Assembly (NCBI GenBank): GCA_963733295.1
Contig: CAVTCS010000003.1
Coordinates: 1,376,001-1,440,000, forward strand
Length of the DNA: 64,000 bases
Reading direction: 5' to 3'
Source of the DNA: Vulcanimicrobiota bacterium
GTDB lineage: Bacteria > Vulcanimicrobiota > Vulcanimicrobiia > Vulcanimicrobiales > Vulcanimicrobiaceae
Positions 41,601 through 53,334 of the stretch are shown piece by piece. The notes beneath the pieces are model-generated. The model did no database searches, was not told the DNA's origin, and saw nothing but the letters and a program-made list of their open reading frames with translations. The position numbers and the translations under genes were made by a program. Position 1 is the first letter of the stretch. Every line of letters starts with the position of its first letter.

Positions 41601-42714
41601 AAAACAGGATGTTCCGGCTGAAGTCGCGCTTGGGATTGACGATCTCGATGATCTGTTCGAGGGGCACGTGCCGCAATTCGAAGGCATCGGTCACGGTATC
41701 GCGCGTGCGCTCGAGTAGCTCGGTGAAGCTGGGGTTTCCGGAGACGTCCGTACGCAACGGCACGGTGTTGACGAACGTGCCGACGAGATCTTCGAATGCA
41801 CTGTCGTCACGCCCGGCGATTTGCGTCCCGACCAGGATGTCATCTTCGCCGCTGTACCGGTGCAACAGCACGAGCAGCGCCGCAAATGCGGTCATGAACA
41901 GCGTGCAACCGTGGCTCCGAGCAAGAGCTGCGACGGAGTCCGTCAAGTCTCGCTCCAGCAGTTGCGTGGCGATTTCGCTGTTCGTCGTCTGAATCGGCGG
42001 ACGCCGTTTATCGGTCAAGATTTCGAACTGGGGGAGATTGTCTAGCCGTTGCTTCAGCGTCTCGCGTTCTACGGCGAGTGCGGAGGGATCGGCGAGCCAG
42101 TCCTGCTCCCATTCCGCGAAGTCCGCATACGTCGCTTCGAGCGGTGCAAGCGATGGAACCCGGCCGGCCTGCAAATCGACGCAGATCAAACCTAATTCGC
42201 GAGCCAGAACCCCCACCGACCAGCCGTCGCACACCGTGTGGTGCGCGGTGACGAGCAGCACCGACACCCGTTCGCGCACGCGCACATGCGTGACCCGGAG
42301 CAGCGGAGCGCGGCTCACGTCGAAGGTTTTGTGCGCCTCGAGTAGCGCGATGCGGTCCGCTTCTTGGAACGCTTCCCGCTCCGCCAACGCCGTGAGGTCG
42401 ACGATCGGGATGTGCAGCGAGACCGAAGGCTCGATCACCTGGAGCGGTTCGCCTTGGTGGTTTTCGAAATACGTCCGGAGCGTTTCGTGACGCGCAACGA
42501 GCAGGCGCCACGCTTCGGTGATGTGCGCGTGCGAAACCTCGCCCTCGAGGCGCCAGCGTACTGCTACGTTGAGAGCCGGGTTGCCGGGCTGAATCTGCTC
42601 CTCAAACCAGAAGCGCTTCTGCGATTGCGAGCAACGCACTCGGCGCGTCGCGACCGCCTCGCCCGCAGGGGCAGATTCCTTGGGGTCGCCCTCATTTTGC
42701 GAGCGACTCTTCAC
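38646..42714 (-). CDS. NRPS C-A-T-TE (apparent extra base near 39458 separates the TE)
   Basis: HHTVCDG; YTSGSTGEPKG, GYGPTE, YRTGD, NGKVDR; GFHSL; removing one G gives LNRGGRRRPLAFMHGD into the TE (GPYRLGGFCVSG...GGH). Confidence 0.9.
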
Positions 42715-42727
42715 GCCGGCATTTTTC

Positions 42728-45700
42728 TCACCGGCCTGCGGTAGCCCCGGCCTTGCGGGACCCGAACGGCTTGTGGGTCGAGGTCTGCGGCGTCGAGGCT
42801 TCCGGATTTTCGTCGAGATGGCGGGCTAGAGCCGACAGGGTGCGATGTTTGAGCAACTGCTTCGCGGCAACGGCGAGGCCGCTTTGGTTCGCGCGTGCCG
42901 TGATTTGGAAAAGCTGAATCGAATCGCCGCCGAGCGCGAGAAAATCGTCGTCCCGTCCAACCCGCTCGAGATGCAAAACGTTCGCCCAGATCTCCGCCAA
43001 CGCGATCTCCGTCGCCGTAGCGGGCGCACGGAACTCCGCCGGCAGCGCCCCCGCCTCGGGAGCGGGGAGCGCGGCGCGATCCGTTTTCCCCGCGACGGTC
43101 AAAGGCATGCGATCCAACGCGATCCACTGCACGGGGAGCATGTACTCGGGAAGATTTTCGGCGACGAGCGCGCGCAGTGCGCCCTCGTCAGGCCCGCCCG
43201 GTCTATGCACGTAGTAGCACGTCAGGCGCCTATCGCCGGGGACGTCCTCGCGCACGACGACCGTCGCTGCGGCAACGCCGCCGCCCAGAATGACCGACTC
43301 GATCTCGCCCGGTTCGATGCGATAGCCGCGCAGCTTCACCTGATGATCGAGGCGCCCGAGGATTTGGATCCGACCGTCCGGCAACACGCGCGCTGCGTCG
43401 CCCGTGCGGTACATGCGGCCGTCGCCGAACGGATTGTCCACGAAGCTCGCCGCCGTCAACTCGGGACGGCCGACGTATCCGAGCGCGACTCCCTCGCCGG
43501 CGATGTGCAAGTGTCCCGGGATCCCGACCGGAACGGGCTGATCGTTGCGATCGAGCAGATAGAACTGGGTGTTCGCGATCGGCGTCCCGACCGTTATCGG
43601 TGCACCGGCCTCTAGCTTCACGCACGAAGACCAAATCGTCGTCTCAGTCGGCCCGTAAACGTTCCAGAGCGTCCCGCCGCCCGCGAGCAAACGCTGGGCC
43701 AGCTCGAACGAAAGCGCTTCTCCGCCACAGAGCATCGTGAAGCCGGCGCGCGAGCGCCAGCCCGCCTCAAGCAGCATCGTCCAAAGCGCCGGCGTCGCCT
43801 GCATCGCCCTCGCCTTTGAGGCTTGCAGCAGTTGCACGAGCGCGAACGGGTCCGCGACCTGTTCGCGCGAGGCAACGCGAACCGTTGCCCCTGCGATCAA
43901 CGGAAGGAACAGTTCCAAACCCGCGATATCGAACGAAACGGTCGTTACAGCCAAGAGCTCGTCAGCGCGGCCGAGTCCGAGCGTTCGGGCGAAAGACGTC
44001 AGAACGTTGACGACGCTGCGATGCGTCACCGCCACACCTTTCGGCGTCCCGGTCGATCCGGAGGTGTAGATGACGTAGGCCGCCTCGTCCGGCTTGACGA
44101 CAGCCGAAGGCGGCGAATCGGGGAGATCGTCGGCCGCCAAGAGTTCGCGCATATCGACGACCGTCATGCCGGCGGGTATCATAGCCGGATCGGCCGATCC
44201 GTCGCTCAAGATCGCCGTAACGCCCGCATCTTCAACGATGCGCCGCAGACGAGCAGCCGGGTGCGCCGGGTCGAGCGGCACGTAACTGCAGCCGGCCTTG
44301 AGCGTTCCAAGAAGAGCGACCGTCAAATCCAACGAGCGTTCGACGCAAACCGCGACTCGTTGCCCCGGCGCTCCAATTCTTGCGAGCAGGTGATTCGCCG
44401 TTTGGTTCGCACGCCTCTGGAGCTGCGCGTAGGTGAGCACCTCATCCGCGAAGCGCAACGCGGGCTCGCCGGAATTCTGCGTCGCGGCTCGATCGAAGAG
44501 CTCGTGCACCGTCAAGTCGCGAGGGTAGTCACTCAGCGTGTCGTTCAATCGAGCGAGCACGATCCGGTCAGTCTCGGACAGATAAGGGAACGCGGTAACC
44601 TTCTGCCCGGCATCGCGTTCGATTTCGCGCAGGATCGTCCGATAGTAAACCAACCAGCGGTCGATCGTTGCCGCGTCGAAAAGATCGCTATTGTAATCGC
44701 AATCGATGCGCAAGCCGTCGTCCGACTCGACGACGTTGAAGAAAAGGTCGAAGTTGACGAAAGCCTTCGGGTTCGGCTCGACGCTCGCCGAGAGTGCCTC
44801 GAAGGGCAGGTTTTCAGCCAAACGCTCGAGGTTGAATTGGATCTCCGCGAGCGGCGTGCGGTTCGCCTCGCGTTGCGGTCCAAGTTTACGGACGAGCGTG
44901 CCGAGCGTGTACTGCTGATGTTCGTATGCATCGAGGACTCGCTGTTTGACTTCCCCTAAGAGCTGCGCGAGCGTCGTCTCTCGATTCCAACGCGCACGCA
45001 AGGGCAGGAAGTCGACGCAATGCCCGACCAGGATTTCTTCGTCGAGCAAGGATTGACCGGCCGCCGGTACGCCCACGACGATGTCATTTTGATCGCTCAG
45101 CCGTCCGACCAAAACCTCGAAGGCGCCCAGGAGGGTCGCGAAGAGGGTACAACCATGCCTCGCGCCGCTCTTTTTAAGTGCGAGGTAAGCGTCTCGCTCG
45201 ATGTAGGCCGTGCACGTACCGCCGCGAAACGACTTGAGCGCGGGACGCGGGCGGTCGGCGGGAAGCTCCAGCAGCGGCGGCAATTCGGCAAACTGATCGA
45301 GCCAGTAGGCTTCGGTCTTCGCGGCAGCCGCCGGGTCGCGGTGTGCCTGCCCGAGCACGTGCGATGCGAAGCTGAGCGGTTCGGCCAACTTCGGCTCCGC
45401 CTTTCGGCGCGTCGCCTCGTAGCTTTCTGCGAGCTCGGAGAGGATCACGTTCATCGACCAGCCGTCGCACACGATGTGGTGCGCGGTGAATACGAAGGCA
45501 TGCTCGTCGGGGCCCAAACGTGCCAGGCTGCCGCGCACCAAAGGACCGTTGCCGAGATCGAACGGCTTCCGCGCGTCCTCCTCGATGAGTTCGCGCAGTA
45601 CGGCGCGCCGATCGGCTTCGGAAGCTTCGGAGAAGTCGCGCAGCGTAAAAGCGAAGTCCGCGGCCGGCGCGATGCGCATCGTTTCGCCGGTCGTGCCGAA

Positions 45701-48700
45701 GGACGCGCGAAGAGCGTCGTGCCGCGCGAGGACGCGATTCCAGGCGATCCCGAAAACCTCCCGGTCGAGCGCGCCGCGCAGGCGCAACGTCACCGATTCG
45801 TTGAACGCGCAGGACGCCTCGTCGCTCATCTGCGCCGAGAGCCAGACCTCCGTCTGCTCTTCGCTCAGCGGGACCGCGACCTCGCGCGCAGGCCCGGTTT
45901 GGGCCGGTATGGCGCGAGCGCGAAGAATTCCGGCGTCCCCAAGTTCCTCGAGACTCGAAGCGAACGCGGCGACCACTGCCGCGACATCCGCATCGGTGTG
46001 CTCGGTCGTGAGGAAACACGGGAAGCCTTCCTGCACGTAGATACCGCGCAAGCGCAGGTGATAGAACAACAAGCCCGCCAGCCGGTCTTCGGCGGCAAGG
46101 TTCAAGTAGAACAGGCTTCCATACGTCTCGATGCGCGAAGCGATTCCGCGCCGTTCGAATTCCGCATTGAGCTGTTGCACGAGTCCGGCCGTGCGTCGCC
46201 CGAGTGTTTCTTGTAACTCCAGTCCTCGCGCCTCGATATGACGCAAGACCGAAAGTACGGCTGCCATGACGAGCGGATGCCGCACGAAGGTGCCGGCGAA
46301 GAATGTCGGCGCCACTTGCGGGAACGAATCGTCACCAAATTCCCACATGCCGCCGTCGAGCGCATCCATGAAACGGGCCTTGCCCGCTAGGATGCCGATC
46401 GGCAGACCGCCGCCGACGACCTTGCCGTAGGTTGCGAGGTCGGCACGGATGCCGAAGATCGCCTGCATCCCGCCGGGATGCATGCGGAATCCTGTGACCA
46501 CTTCGTCGAAGATGAAGGCACTGCCGGATGCTTCGGTAATCGAACGCACTTCGGCGAGGAACTCCGCCGGCCGCAGTGCGGGATGACGGCTCTGGACCGA
46601 TTCGACGACGACCGCGGCGAGTTCGTTTGCGTGCTCGCGGATCCACGCGAGGCTCTCTGGCGTGCCGTAGGGCAACACCGTCACGTTGGAGACGGCTTCG
46701 GATGGAATCCCGAGCGCGATGGGAAGCGAGCGGCGCGACTTGCTCGCGCTCTTGACGAGCACTTCATCGAACTGCCCGTGATACGAACCCTCGAAGACCA
46801 CGACGCGATCCCGGCCGGTCACCGTGCGGGCCACGCGCAGCGCAGCCATGACCGCCTCCGAGCCGGTGTTACAGAACGTCATCCGCTCGTTGCCGGTGAG
46901 CTTGCAGAAGAGCTCGGCGACCTCGCCGGCGAGCTCGGTCTGTGGCCCGATCGCGAAACCGCGCTCCAATTGCGCGGCGACCGCATCAACTACGAAATCC
47001 GGCGTGTGACCGAACGCGGTTTGCCCGAAGCCGTTCAAGAGGTCGATATACTCGTTGCCGTCGATGTCCCACAAGCGGGAGCCCTTGGCGCGCACGCAGG
47101 TGATCGGGTAGACCATCTCCTTCCACTCGGTCCGAAAACCGGCCGCGACGCGCGGGTCGGCTAAGACGGCGCGATACCGTTGGGTGAGACGCTTCGATTC
47201 CGGCGTCCGCGCTACGGTTCGTGCGACGAGATCCGCGATGTGCGCGCGCTGCTCGCCGGTAAGCTCGGCGCCGCCGCCGGCGGCGATGCGAAACGGTTCA
47301 AAGCGCGACGGCTGCTCGGCAGCCTTCGTCTCCGCGCCGCGCGCCGCAGGAAGTGAAGACGCGGCAGCGGGCGTTGCGGTTGCCGGCGTTTCGAGACCGA
47401 GCGACTGGAGCGCCGTAAGTTGCTCGCGCATCAGCTGCTGCATGGCTTGCAACTGCTGCTGCATGAGCGCTTCGACGGAACCCGCAGCCGGCGCATCCGC
47501 GCCGGCCGCGACCCGCGTCGCAGCTTCGGGCGGAAGTTGAGCCCCGATGTATTCGACCAGCGCTTGGACGGAGGGGATGTCGCTAAGCAATTGCCGGAAC
47601 GTCACCTTCACGCCGAACCGAGCCCCAATTTGCTGGACGGCGCGCCCGAGGAACAACGAATCGAAGCCGAGTTCGAGGAACGTTGCACCGGAGGGTGCAC
47701 CGCTCAGGTCTTCGCCCGAAAGGTCCTCGAGCAACGCGATCAGCTCGCTCTCGACGCCCGAGGTACGCGACGCAGCGGGCGAGGTTCCATTGACGTGAGC
47801 GACGGTCTCGTGCTCCGGGCGAACGGTTTCCGGCGGCGTGGACGGCGGAGCGGACTCTGAGCGTTCAGGCGCTTCCGATGCGACGGCCGGTTCGATCCAA
47901 TAACGAGTGCGTTCGAACGGATAGGTCGGAAGCGACACGCGCGAGCGCGACGCACCCGCATGAATCGCGTCCCAGTCGAGGCTCGCGCCCTGGGTCCAGA
48001 GCCGTCCGAGCATGTCGAGGAGCATCTCGAAGTCCGGTCGCTCGCGCTCGCTGCCGCACATCGAGCGCAGCACGGTAGCGCGGCCTCCCTTTGCCGCTCC
48101 CTGCAGAGCGAACGTCGACAATGTCGAACCCGGACCGACCTCGACCAGCGTCTGCACCCCGGCCTCGACGAGCGTTCGCACGGCGTCGGCGAAACGAACC
48201 GGTTGACGGCAGTGACGCGCCCAATACGCCGGCGATGAAGCCTCCGCTGCCGCGATCCAGGTGCCCGTCGTAGCCGAAACGTACGGTGAGGAAGGCGCGG
48301 CGAAGCGCACCGCCGACATGCGTTGCTCGAATGCTTTGAGCGCCGGATCCATCATCGACGAGTGAAACGCGTGTGAGGTGTGTAAGCGGCGGTTCGCGAG
48401 GCCTTCCTGGGTTAAGCGCCGCTCGAGACGCGCGATCGCATCGTTCGCTCCGGAAACCACGGTCATCTCCGGTGCGTTGAAGGCCGCGAAGTCGAGCGAC
48501 CCGTCGACGAAGGATCGAAGTTCCTCTTCCCCGGCGCGAACCGCGAGCATAGATCCCGGTCGCAGTTGACGGATCAGCCTTCCGCGCTCCGCGACGACGG
48601 CGAGCGCATCTTCGAGCGAGAAGACCCCGGCCAAACATGCCGCTACGAATTCGCCGACGCTGTGGCCGACCGTCGCGACAGGTTCGATCCCGTAGCTGCG

Positions 48701-50548
48701 AATCAACTCAGCCAAAGCGTACTCGACCGCGAAAAGCGCCGGTTGCGCGACCTCCGTCGAGGTAAGCGCGGCGGGATCGCCGTCCCCGTAGAGGACCGCG
48801 CTCAGGTCGCGGCCGATTGCCGGTTGCAGGAAATCCGCGCAACGATCGATCGTCGCGCGGAAGCTCGCGACGCGCAAATACAGGTCCCGGCTCATTCCGA
48901 TATATTGCGCACCTTGGCCGGGGAACATGAACGCAACAGACGCCTTGTAAGCCGAGGCGCGGCCGGTTGCGATGCGCTCCGGGCGTTCGAGTGCGGCGGC
49001 GGCCTCGGATGCCGTCGCGGCCGCTACCGCGGCGCGAAACGGAAAGGCACGACGGCCGGACTGCAAGGTGTGGGCGACGTCGTCGAGCCGGACGCCTTGT
49101 GGCTCGCGCAAGCGTTCTGCGAGGCGAGCGCGCGCAACCTCGAGGGCCGGCTCGCTGCGCGCGGACAGCACGAGCAACTGCGGCGCTCCGGTCGCTTCGA
49201 CGACGGCCTCTGACGGCGCCGACTCGAGCGCGAGGTGCACGTTCGTTCCACCGAGGCCGAACGAGCTGACCGCGGCGCGGCGTTGCGGCGCGGCGTTGGG
49301 CCATTCGACTGGCTCGCTGTTGACGAAGAACGGTCCGTCCGCAAGATCGATCTCCGGATTGAGCGTCTCGAAGTGCAGCGTCGGCGGGATCCGGCCGGCG
49401 CGGATCGCGAGCGCGGCTTTGATCAAGCCGGTCACGCCGGAAGCGACGTCGAGATGTCCGACGTTCGTCTTGAGCGAGCCCAGCGCACAACTCTTGGGAG
49501 CACCGCCCGCACCAAAAGCGCGGTTCAGAGCCGCCACCTCGATCGGATCGCCCAGCGGCGTAGCGGTACCGTGACATTCGACGAACCCGATCGTCTGCGG
49601 GTCGAATTGCGCCATCGCGTGCGCCGCGCGCATCGCCGCCGCTTGACCCTCGACGCTCGGCGCGGTGTACCCGACTTTGTTCGAGCCGTCGTTGTTTATG
49701 CCGAAGCCGCGGATCACCGCGTAGATCGAATCGCCGTCGGCGAACGCGTCTTCGAGCCGTTTCAAGACGACCACCGCCGCGCCGTCGCCGAAGACCGTGC
49801 CGCCGGCACGCACGTCGAAGGTTCGGCAGTGTCCGTCGGGCGACGCCATCCCGCCATCCTGATAGAGGTAACCGCGCTTTTGCGGAAACGTTATCGACAC
49901 GCCGCCGGCCAACATCATGTCGGCCTGACGCGCCATGAGTGCCTGGCAGGCTTGCGCAACGGCCAGCAGCGAGGTCGAGCAGGCCGATTGCACCGTCATC
50001 GCAGGCCCGCGCAAATCGAGCTTGTACGCGACGCGGGTCGCCAGGAAATCGTAGCCTGCCCCGATCAGCTCTGCGACGCTCCCGACTTGATACTCGCGGG
50101 TGAAACGCTCGAGCGCCGCAGGGTCGGCGAGAACGTTCCGCAGCAGATACGAACCGAGGCTGGAGCCGGCAAACACGCCGATCGAACCGGGATACACCGC
50201 CGGATCGTAGCCGGCATCTTCGAGTGCCTGCCAGCAACACTCGAGGAACACGCGATGCTGCGGGTCGGTCGTCTCAGCCTCGCGTGCGAGCATCCCGAAG
50301 AAGCCCGCATCGAAGTTATCCGCACCGTCGACGATTCCACGTGCCTTGACGTACTCACGGCGCGCACGGACATCCGCCGCGACGCCGTCCTCGAGTTCGC
50401 TCTCGTCGAACGAACGAATGCTTTCCACTCCGTCGCAGAGGTTCTTCCAGAACGTCGCGACGTCGGCCGCGCCCGGGAAACGTCCGGCGCAACCGACGAT
50501 GGCGATCGCGCATGCCGCCGAGTCGCGCTCGTTTCGTGCGATGTTCAT
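42728..50548 (-). CDS. Hybrid PKS-NRPS: KS-AT-ACP-aminotransferase-C-A-T
   Basis: KS SACSTS/HGT/GH; AT GHSVG and HAFH; ACP GFDSL; class III AMT DEVVTGFR/YGKVVGGG; C HHIVCDG; A YTSGSTGTPKG; T GGDSI. Confidence 0.95.
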   Translation of the reverse strand: MNIARNERDSAACAIAIVGCAGRFPGAADVATFWKNLCDGVESIRSFDESELEDGVAADVRARREYVKARGIVDGADNFDAGFFGMLAREAETTDPQHRVFLECCWQALEDAGYDPAVYPGSIGVFAGSSLGSYLLRNVLADPAALERFTREYQVGSVAELIGAGYDFLATRVAYKLDLRGPAMTVQSACSTSLLAVAQACQALMARQADMMLAGGVSITFPQKRGYLYQDGGMASPDGHCRTFDVRAGGTVFGDGAAVVVLKRLEDAFADGDSIYAVIRGFGINNDGSNKVGYTAPSVEGQAAAMRAAHAMAQFDPQTIGFVECHGTATPLGDPIEVAALNRAFGAGGAPKSCALGSLKTNVGHLDVASGVTGLIKAALAIRAGRIPPTLHFETLNPEIDLADGPFFVNSEPVEWPNAAPQRRAAVSSFGLGGTNVHLALESAPSEAVVEATGAPQLLVLSARSEPALEVARARLAERLREPQGVRLDDVAHTLQSGRRAFPFRAAVAAATASEAAAALERPERIATGRASAYKASVAFMFPGQGAQYIGMSRDLYLRVASFRATIDRCADFLQPAIGRDLSAVLYGDGDPAALTSTEVAQPALFAVEYALAELIRSYGIEPVATVGHSVGEFVAACLAGVFSLEDALAVVAERGRLIRQLRPGSMLAVRAGEEELRSFVDGSLDFAAFNAPEMTVVSGANDAIARLERRLTQEGLANRRLHTSHAFHSSMMDPALKAFEQRMSAVRFAAPSSPYVSATTGTWIAAAEASSPAYWARHCRQPVRFADAVRTLVEAGVQTLVEVGPGSTLSTFALQGAAKGGRATVLRSMCGSERERPDFEMLLDMLGRLWTQGASLDWDAIHAGASRSRVSLPTYPFERTRYWIEPAVASEAPERSESAPPSTPPETVRPEHETVAHVNGTSPAASRTSGVESELIALLEDLSGEDLSGAPSGATFLELGFDSLFLGRAVQQIGARFGVKVTFRQLLSDIPSVQALVEYIGAQLPPEAATRVAAGADAPAAGSVEALMQQQLQAMQQLMREQLTALQSLGLETPATATPAAASSLPAARGAETKAAEQPSRFEPFRIAAGGGAELTGEQRAHIADLVARTVARTPESKRLTQRYRAVLADPRVAAGFRTEWKEMVYPITCVRAKGSRLWDIDGNEYIDLLNGFGQTAFGHTPDFVVDAVAAQLERGFAIGPQTELAGEVAELFCKLTGNERMTFCNTGSEAVMAALRVARTVTGRDRVVVFEGSYHGQFDEVLVKSASKSRRSLPIALGIPSEAVSNVTVLPYGTPESLAWIREHANELAAVVVESVQSRHPALRPAEFLAEVRSITEASGSAFIFDEVVTGFRMHPGGMQAIFGIRADLATYGKVVGGGLPIGILAGKARFMDALDGGMWEFGDDSFPQVAPTFFAGTFVRHPLVMAAVLSVLRHIEARGLELQETLGRRTAGLVQQLNAEFERRGIASRIETYGSLFYLNLAAEDRLAGLLFYHLRLRGIYVQEGFPCFLTTEHTDADVAAVVAAFASSLEELGDAGILRARAIPAQTGPAREVAVPLSEEQTEVWLSAQMSDEASCAFNESVTLRLRGALDREVFGIAWNRVLARHDALRASFGTTGETMRIAPAADFAFTLRDFSEASEADRRAVLRELIEEDARKPFDLGNGPLVRGSLARLGPDEHAFVFTAHHIVCDGWSMNVILSELAESYEATRRKAEPKLAEPLSFASHVLGQAHRDPAAAAKTEAYWLDQFAELPPLLELPADRPRPALKSFRGGTCTAYIERDAYLALKKSGARHGCTLFATLLGAFEVLVGRLSDQNDIVVGVPAAGQSLLDEEILVGHCVDFLPLRARWNRETTLAQLLGEVKQRVLDAYEHQQYTLGTLVRKLGPQREANRTPLAEIQFNLERLAENLPFEALSASVEPNPKAFVNFDLFFNVVESDDGLRIDCDYNSDLFDAATIDRWLVYYRTILREIERDAGQKVTAFPYLSETDRIVLARLNDTLSDYPRDLTVHELFDRAATQNSGEPALRFADEVLTYAQLQRRANQTANHLLARIGAPGQRVAVCVERSLDLTVALLGTLKAGCSYVPLDPAHPAARLRRIVEDAGVTAILSDGSADPAMIPAGMTVVDMRELLAADDLPDSPPSAVVKPDEAAYVIYTSGSTGTPKGVAVTHRSVVNVLTSFARTLGLGRADELLAVTTVSFDIAGLELFLPLIAGATVRVASREQVADPFALVQLLQASKARAMQATPALWTMLLEAGWRSRAGFTMLCGGEALSFELAQRLLAGGGTLWNVYGPTETTIWSSCVKLEAGAPITVGTPIANTQFYLLDRNDQPVPVGIPGHLHIAGEGVALGYVGRPELTAASFVDNPFGDGRMYRTGDAARVLPDGRIQILGRLDHQVKLRGYRIEPGEIESVILGGGVAAATVVVREDVPGDRRLTCYYVHRPGGPDEGALRALVAENLPEYMLPVQWIALDRMPLTVAGKTDRAALPAPEAGALPAEFRAPATATEIALAEIWANVLHLERVGRDDDFLALGGDSIQLFQITARANQSGLAVAAKQLLKHRTLSALARHLDENPEASTPQTSTHKPFGSRKAGATAGR

Positions 50549-51312
50549 GCGACGCCCGCCGGACTCGACAGCGCCAATATCGCCGCGTCTTCGGCACTCA
50601 GCGCGATGCCCGTTGCAACGAACGCGCCCTCAAAGCGATAACGCCCCGCGGCCGCGAGTCCACGCGGGAGCGAGCCCGCGCGAGGCGACGCGGCACGAAC
50701 GACGAGCGAACCCGCGCGCGGGCCTTCCGGACGATCCTCGACGATCACGTCCCCAAAGTCGAGCCAGCGCCCGGTCAAACCGAATTGAGCCTTGTAAAAC
50801 GCTTCTTTCGCGCTGAAGACGAGCGCGGCGAAGCGCTCGCGTTGCGTCTCGTCGAGCGCGGCCAACGCCGCGTACTCGGCCGTGGTGAAAACCTGCGGCC
50901 AAAGCTCGCGGCCGACTCGCGCGACGATCTCAACATCGACGCCGAGGGCGGCGACGTTCGCGCGAAAATCCACCACGGCGCCGCAGAAGCCGGCGGTGTG
51001 CGTGATGCTACCCACGACCCCTTCGGGCCAGCGCGGCGTCCGGTCGGAATTCGCCCTCAGCGCGAACTGCGGAAACCCTAAGGCACCGAGCGCAAGCCGC
51101 GCACACGAGCGTCCGGCCGCGAACTCAGCCAAGCGCTTAGCACGAAAGGGCTGGCAGCTGCCGGCCTCTTCGGGCAAGAGCGACGTGACGTCGCCTTCTC
51201 CGCGCAGCTCGCAGGCCACGACCGAGGCCGAGAACAGCGACGTCAAGAGATCCGAGGCGCGAGCCGTATTCTCGCTCGGCGGAACGCTCTCGAGCGGAAT
51301 CTGCAGGCTCAT
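50545..51312 (-). CDS. 4'-phosphopantetheinyl transferase (EntD/Sfp-type)
   Basis: EFAAGRSCAR, GSITHT, LGVDVE, FSAKEAFYKA. Confidence 0.93.
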   Translation of the reverse strand: MSLQIPLESVPPSENTARASDLLTSLFSASVVACELRGEGDVTSLLPEEAGSCQPFRAKRLAEFAAGRSCARLALGALGFPQFALRANSDRTPRWPEGVVGSITHTAGFCGAVVDFRANVAALGVDVEIVARVGRELWPQVFTTAEYAALAALDETQRERFAALVFSAKEAFYKAQFGLTGRWLDFGDVIVEDRPEGPRAGSLVVRAASPRAGSLPRGLAAAGRYRFEGAFVATGIALSAEDAAILALSSPAGVA

Positions 51313-53133
51313 GACTGGCCGGCCTCCCGCTGCGCGAGGAACGTGGCCAACTTCCGGATGGTCGTGTGTTCGAAAAGATCCGTCGCCTTTATCTTGACCT
51401 TGAAGTGCTCGGACAGACGCGCGTGCACCGTGAGCAGACGTAACGAATCGCCGCCTACGTCGAAGAAATTCTCGTCGAGACCGGGATCTTGGCCGGGACC
51501 GAGCGCCTCACGCCAAATCTCGGCCACCGCACGTTCGCGCGCGCGTAGCTTCGGATCGCCCGAAAGGCCAGGGATTCCGGCCGGCGCCGTTCGTAACGGC
51601 GGCAGCGGCTCGCAACCCAGCGCAGTCCGATCGACCTTGCCGCTCGCGTTCAACGGGAGTTCGTCGTGGATCGCGATGCGGTGCGGCAGCATGTAGTTCG
51701 GCAGCGTTCGCGCCAGATGCGCTCGAAGCTCGGCTTCTTCGACGCGGTGCTTGACGGACACGTGCGCGATGAGATCCTTTTCGTCGTTGCGCACCGCGAT
51801 GACGACCGCCGCTTCGACGACCGCCGGATGCGCGCGCAGCGCAGCCTCGATCTCGCCGGTCTCGACGCGATGGCCGCGTATCTTAACCTGACCGTCGGTT
51901 CGCCCCAGGAATTCGAGCGCGCCGTCGGCGCGAAAACGCGCCAGGTCGCCGGTCCGGTACAAACGCGCAGCGGGATCTCCCGCGAACGGGTCGGCGACGA
52001 AGCGCTCCGCCGAAAGATCCGGTTGGTTGAGATATCCCCGCGCGACGCCATCGCCACCGACGCAGAGTTCACCCACCTCACCGACGGGAACCGGCTGCAA
52101 GGTTGCGTCGAGAACGTGCGCGCTCGAGTTTGCGATCGGGCGTCCGATCGGAATGCTCGCAAGGCTCACATCCGGCCGAGAGATCGGATACATCGTCGTG
52201 AAGGTCGTGTTCTCCGTCGGTCCATACGCGTTTACCAAACGACAGGCGGGAAACGAGTCGAGGAATCGCCGGGCGTGCGATACCGAAAGCACTTCTCCGC
52301 CCGTGATGAGATGGCGCAGCGATGGTGGCCGCGGACCCGGAGCGTCGACGAATCGCGCGAAGAGTGCCGACGTAAGAAAGATCGCGGTCACTCCAAACCT
52401 GTTCAGGGTTGCAGCGAGCTCGTCCATCGCCTGAAACCCCGGCGCAGGAATTGCGAGACGTGCCCCGTTCAACAAAGGACCCCAGATCTCGAAGGTCGAT
52501 GCGTCGAACGCGAGCGGCGCGTAGTGCAAGACCGTATCGGCCGGAGTAAGGTCGATGTAGTCGGTGTTGCGCACCAAGCGAACGACGCCTCGGTGTTCGA
52601 TAGCGACGCCCTTCGGTCGTCCAGTCGAACCCGACGTGTACGTGACGTATGCCAGCGCAGCGGCGCCCCCGGCTGGAGATCGCCGGGCGCTCGTCCGACT
52701 CCGTCTTCGCCCTGGAGACGTCCGATTCGCCGATGACCAGCTCGACCGCGGCGTCGGCGATCATCGCCGCGACGCGCTCGCGCGGATACGACGGATCGAG
52801 CGGCACGTACGCCGCGCCGGCTTTCAGGATTCCGAGCAAAACCGCGGGGAGGTCCGGCGAGCGGTCGAGTGCGACCCCGACGCTTGCGCCCGGACGAACC
52901 CCGCGAAGGATCAGATGGTTTGCAACTCGATTCGCTGCGCTTTCGAGTTCAGCGTAGGTGATCTCGCGCTCGGCAGTGACGACCGCGACCGCCTGAGGAT
53001 TCGCGAGCACCTGCAACGCGAAAACCTGGTCGATCGATGCCGCGCGCTCGTACTCGGTGCGCGTTCCGAAGCCGAAACTCAAAGCCGTCTGGCGCTCGCC
53101 GGGCTTTCCAGTGTCTGGCGCCTGTGTCAGCAT
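51309..53133 (-). CDS. Stand-alone NRPS loading module A-T (apparent extra base in a G5 run near 52668)
   Basis: LKAGAAYVPLD (frame 1) joins LAYVTYTSGSTGRPKG...YRTGD...SGKVDR...GGDSL (frame 2). Confidence 0.88.
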
Positions 53134-53334
53134 GGGAAATCGGCCTCGCGTCCGTAGAGCCCGGGTAAACGCATTCGCCCAGCTGCCCTCCTGAAGGCTT
53201 CATTGTATCGACAAACGAGCGGTCGCACATCCCCTAAATTGGTTCACTGCCTGCCCGTAGACTGGCCGAGCGGCGCAAAAACCCCCCACTTTAAGGGATT
53301 GTCCTACGGCCGGAAGCCTTACTTTCTCGAAACG

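Noticed and set aside
40130..52620. Similarity between the two A domains (40130-40830 and 51900-52620) as a DNA repeat or misassembly
   Set aside because: Many substitutions and different specificity residues; ordinary paralogous NRPS domains
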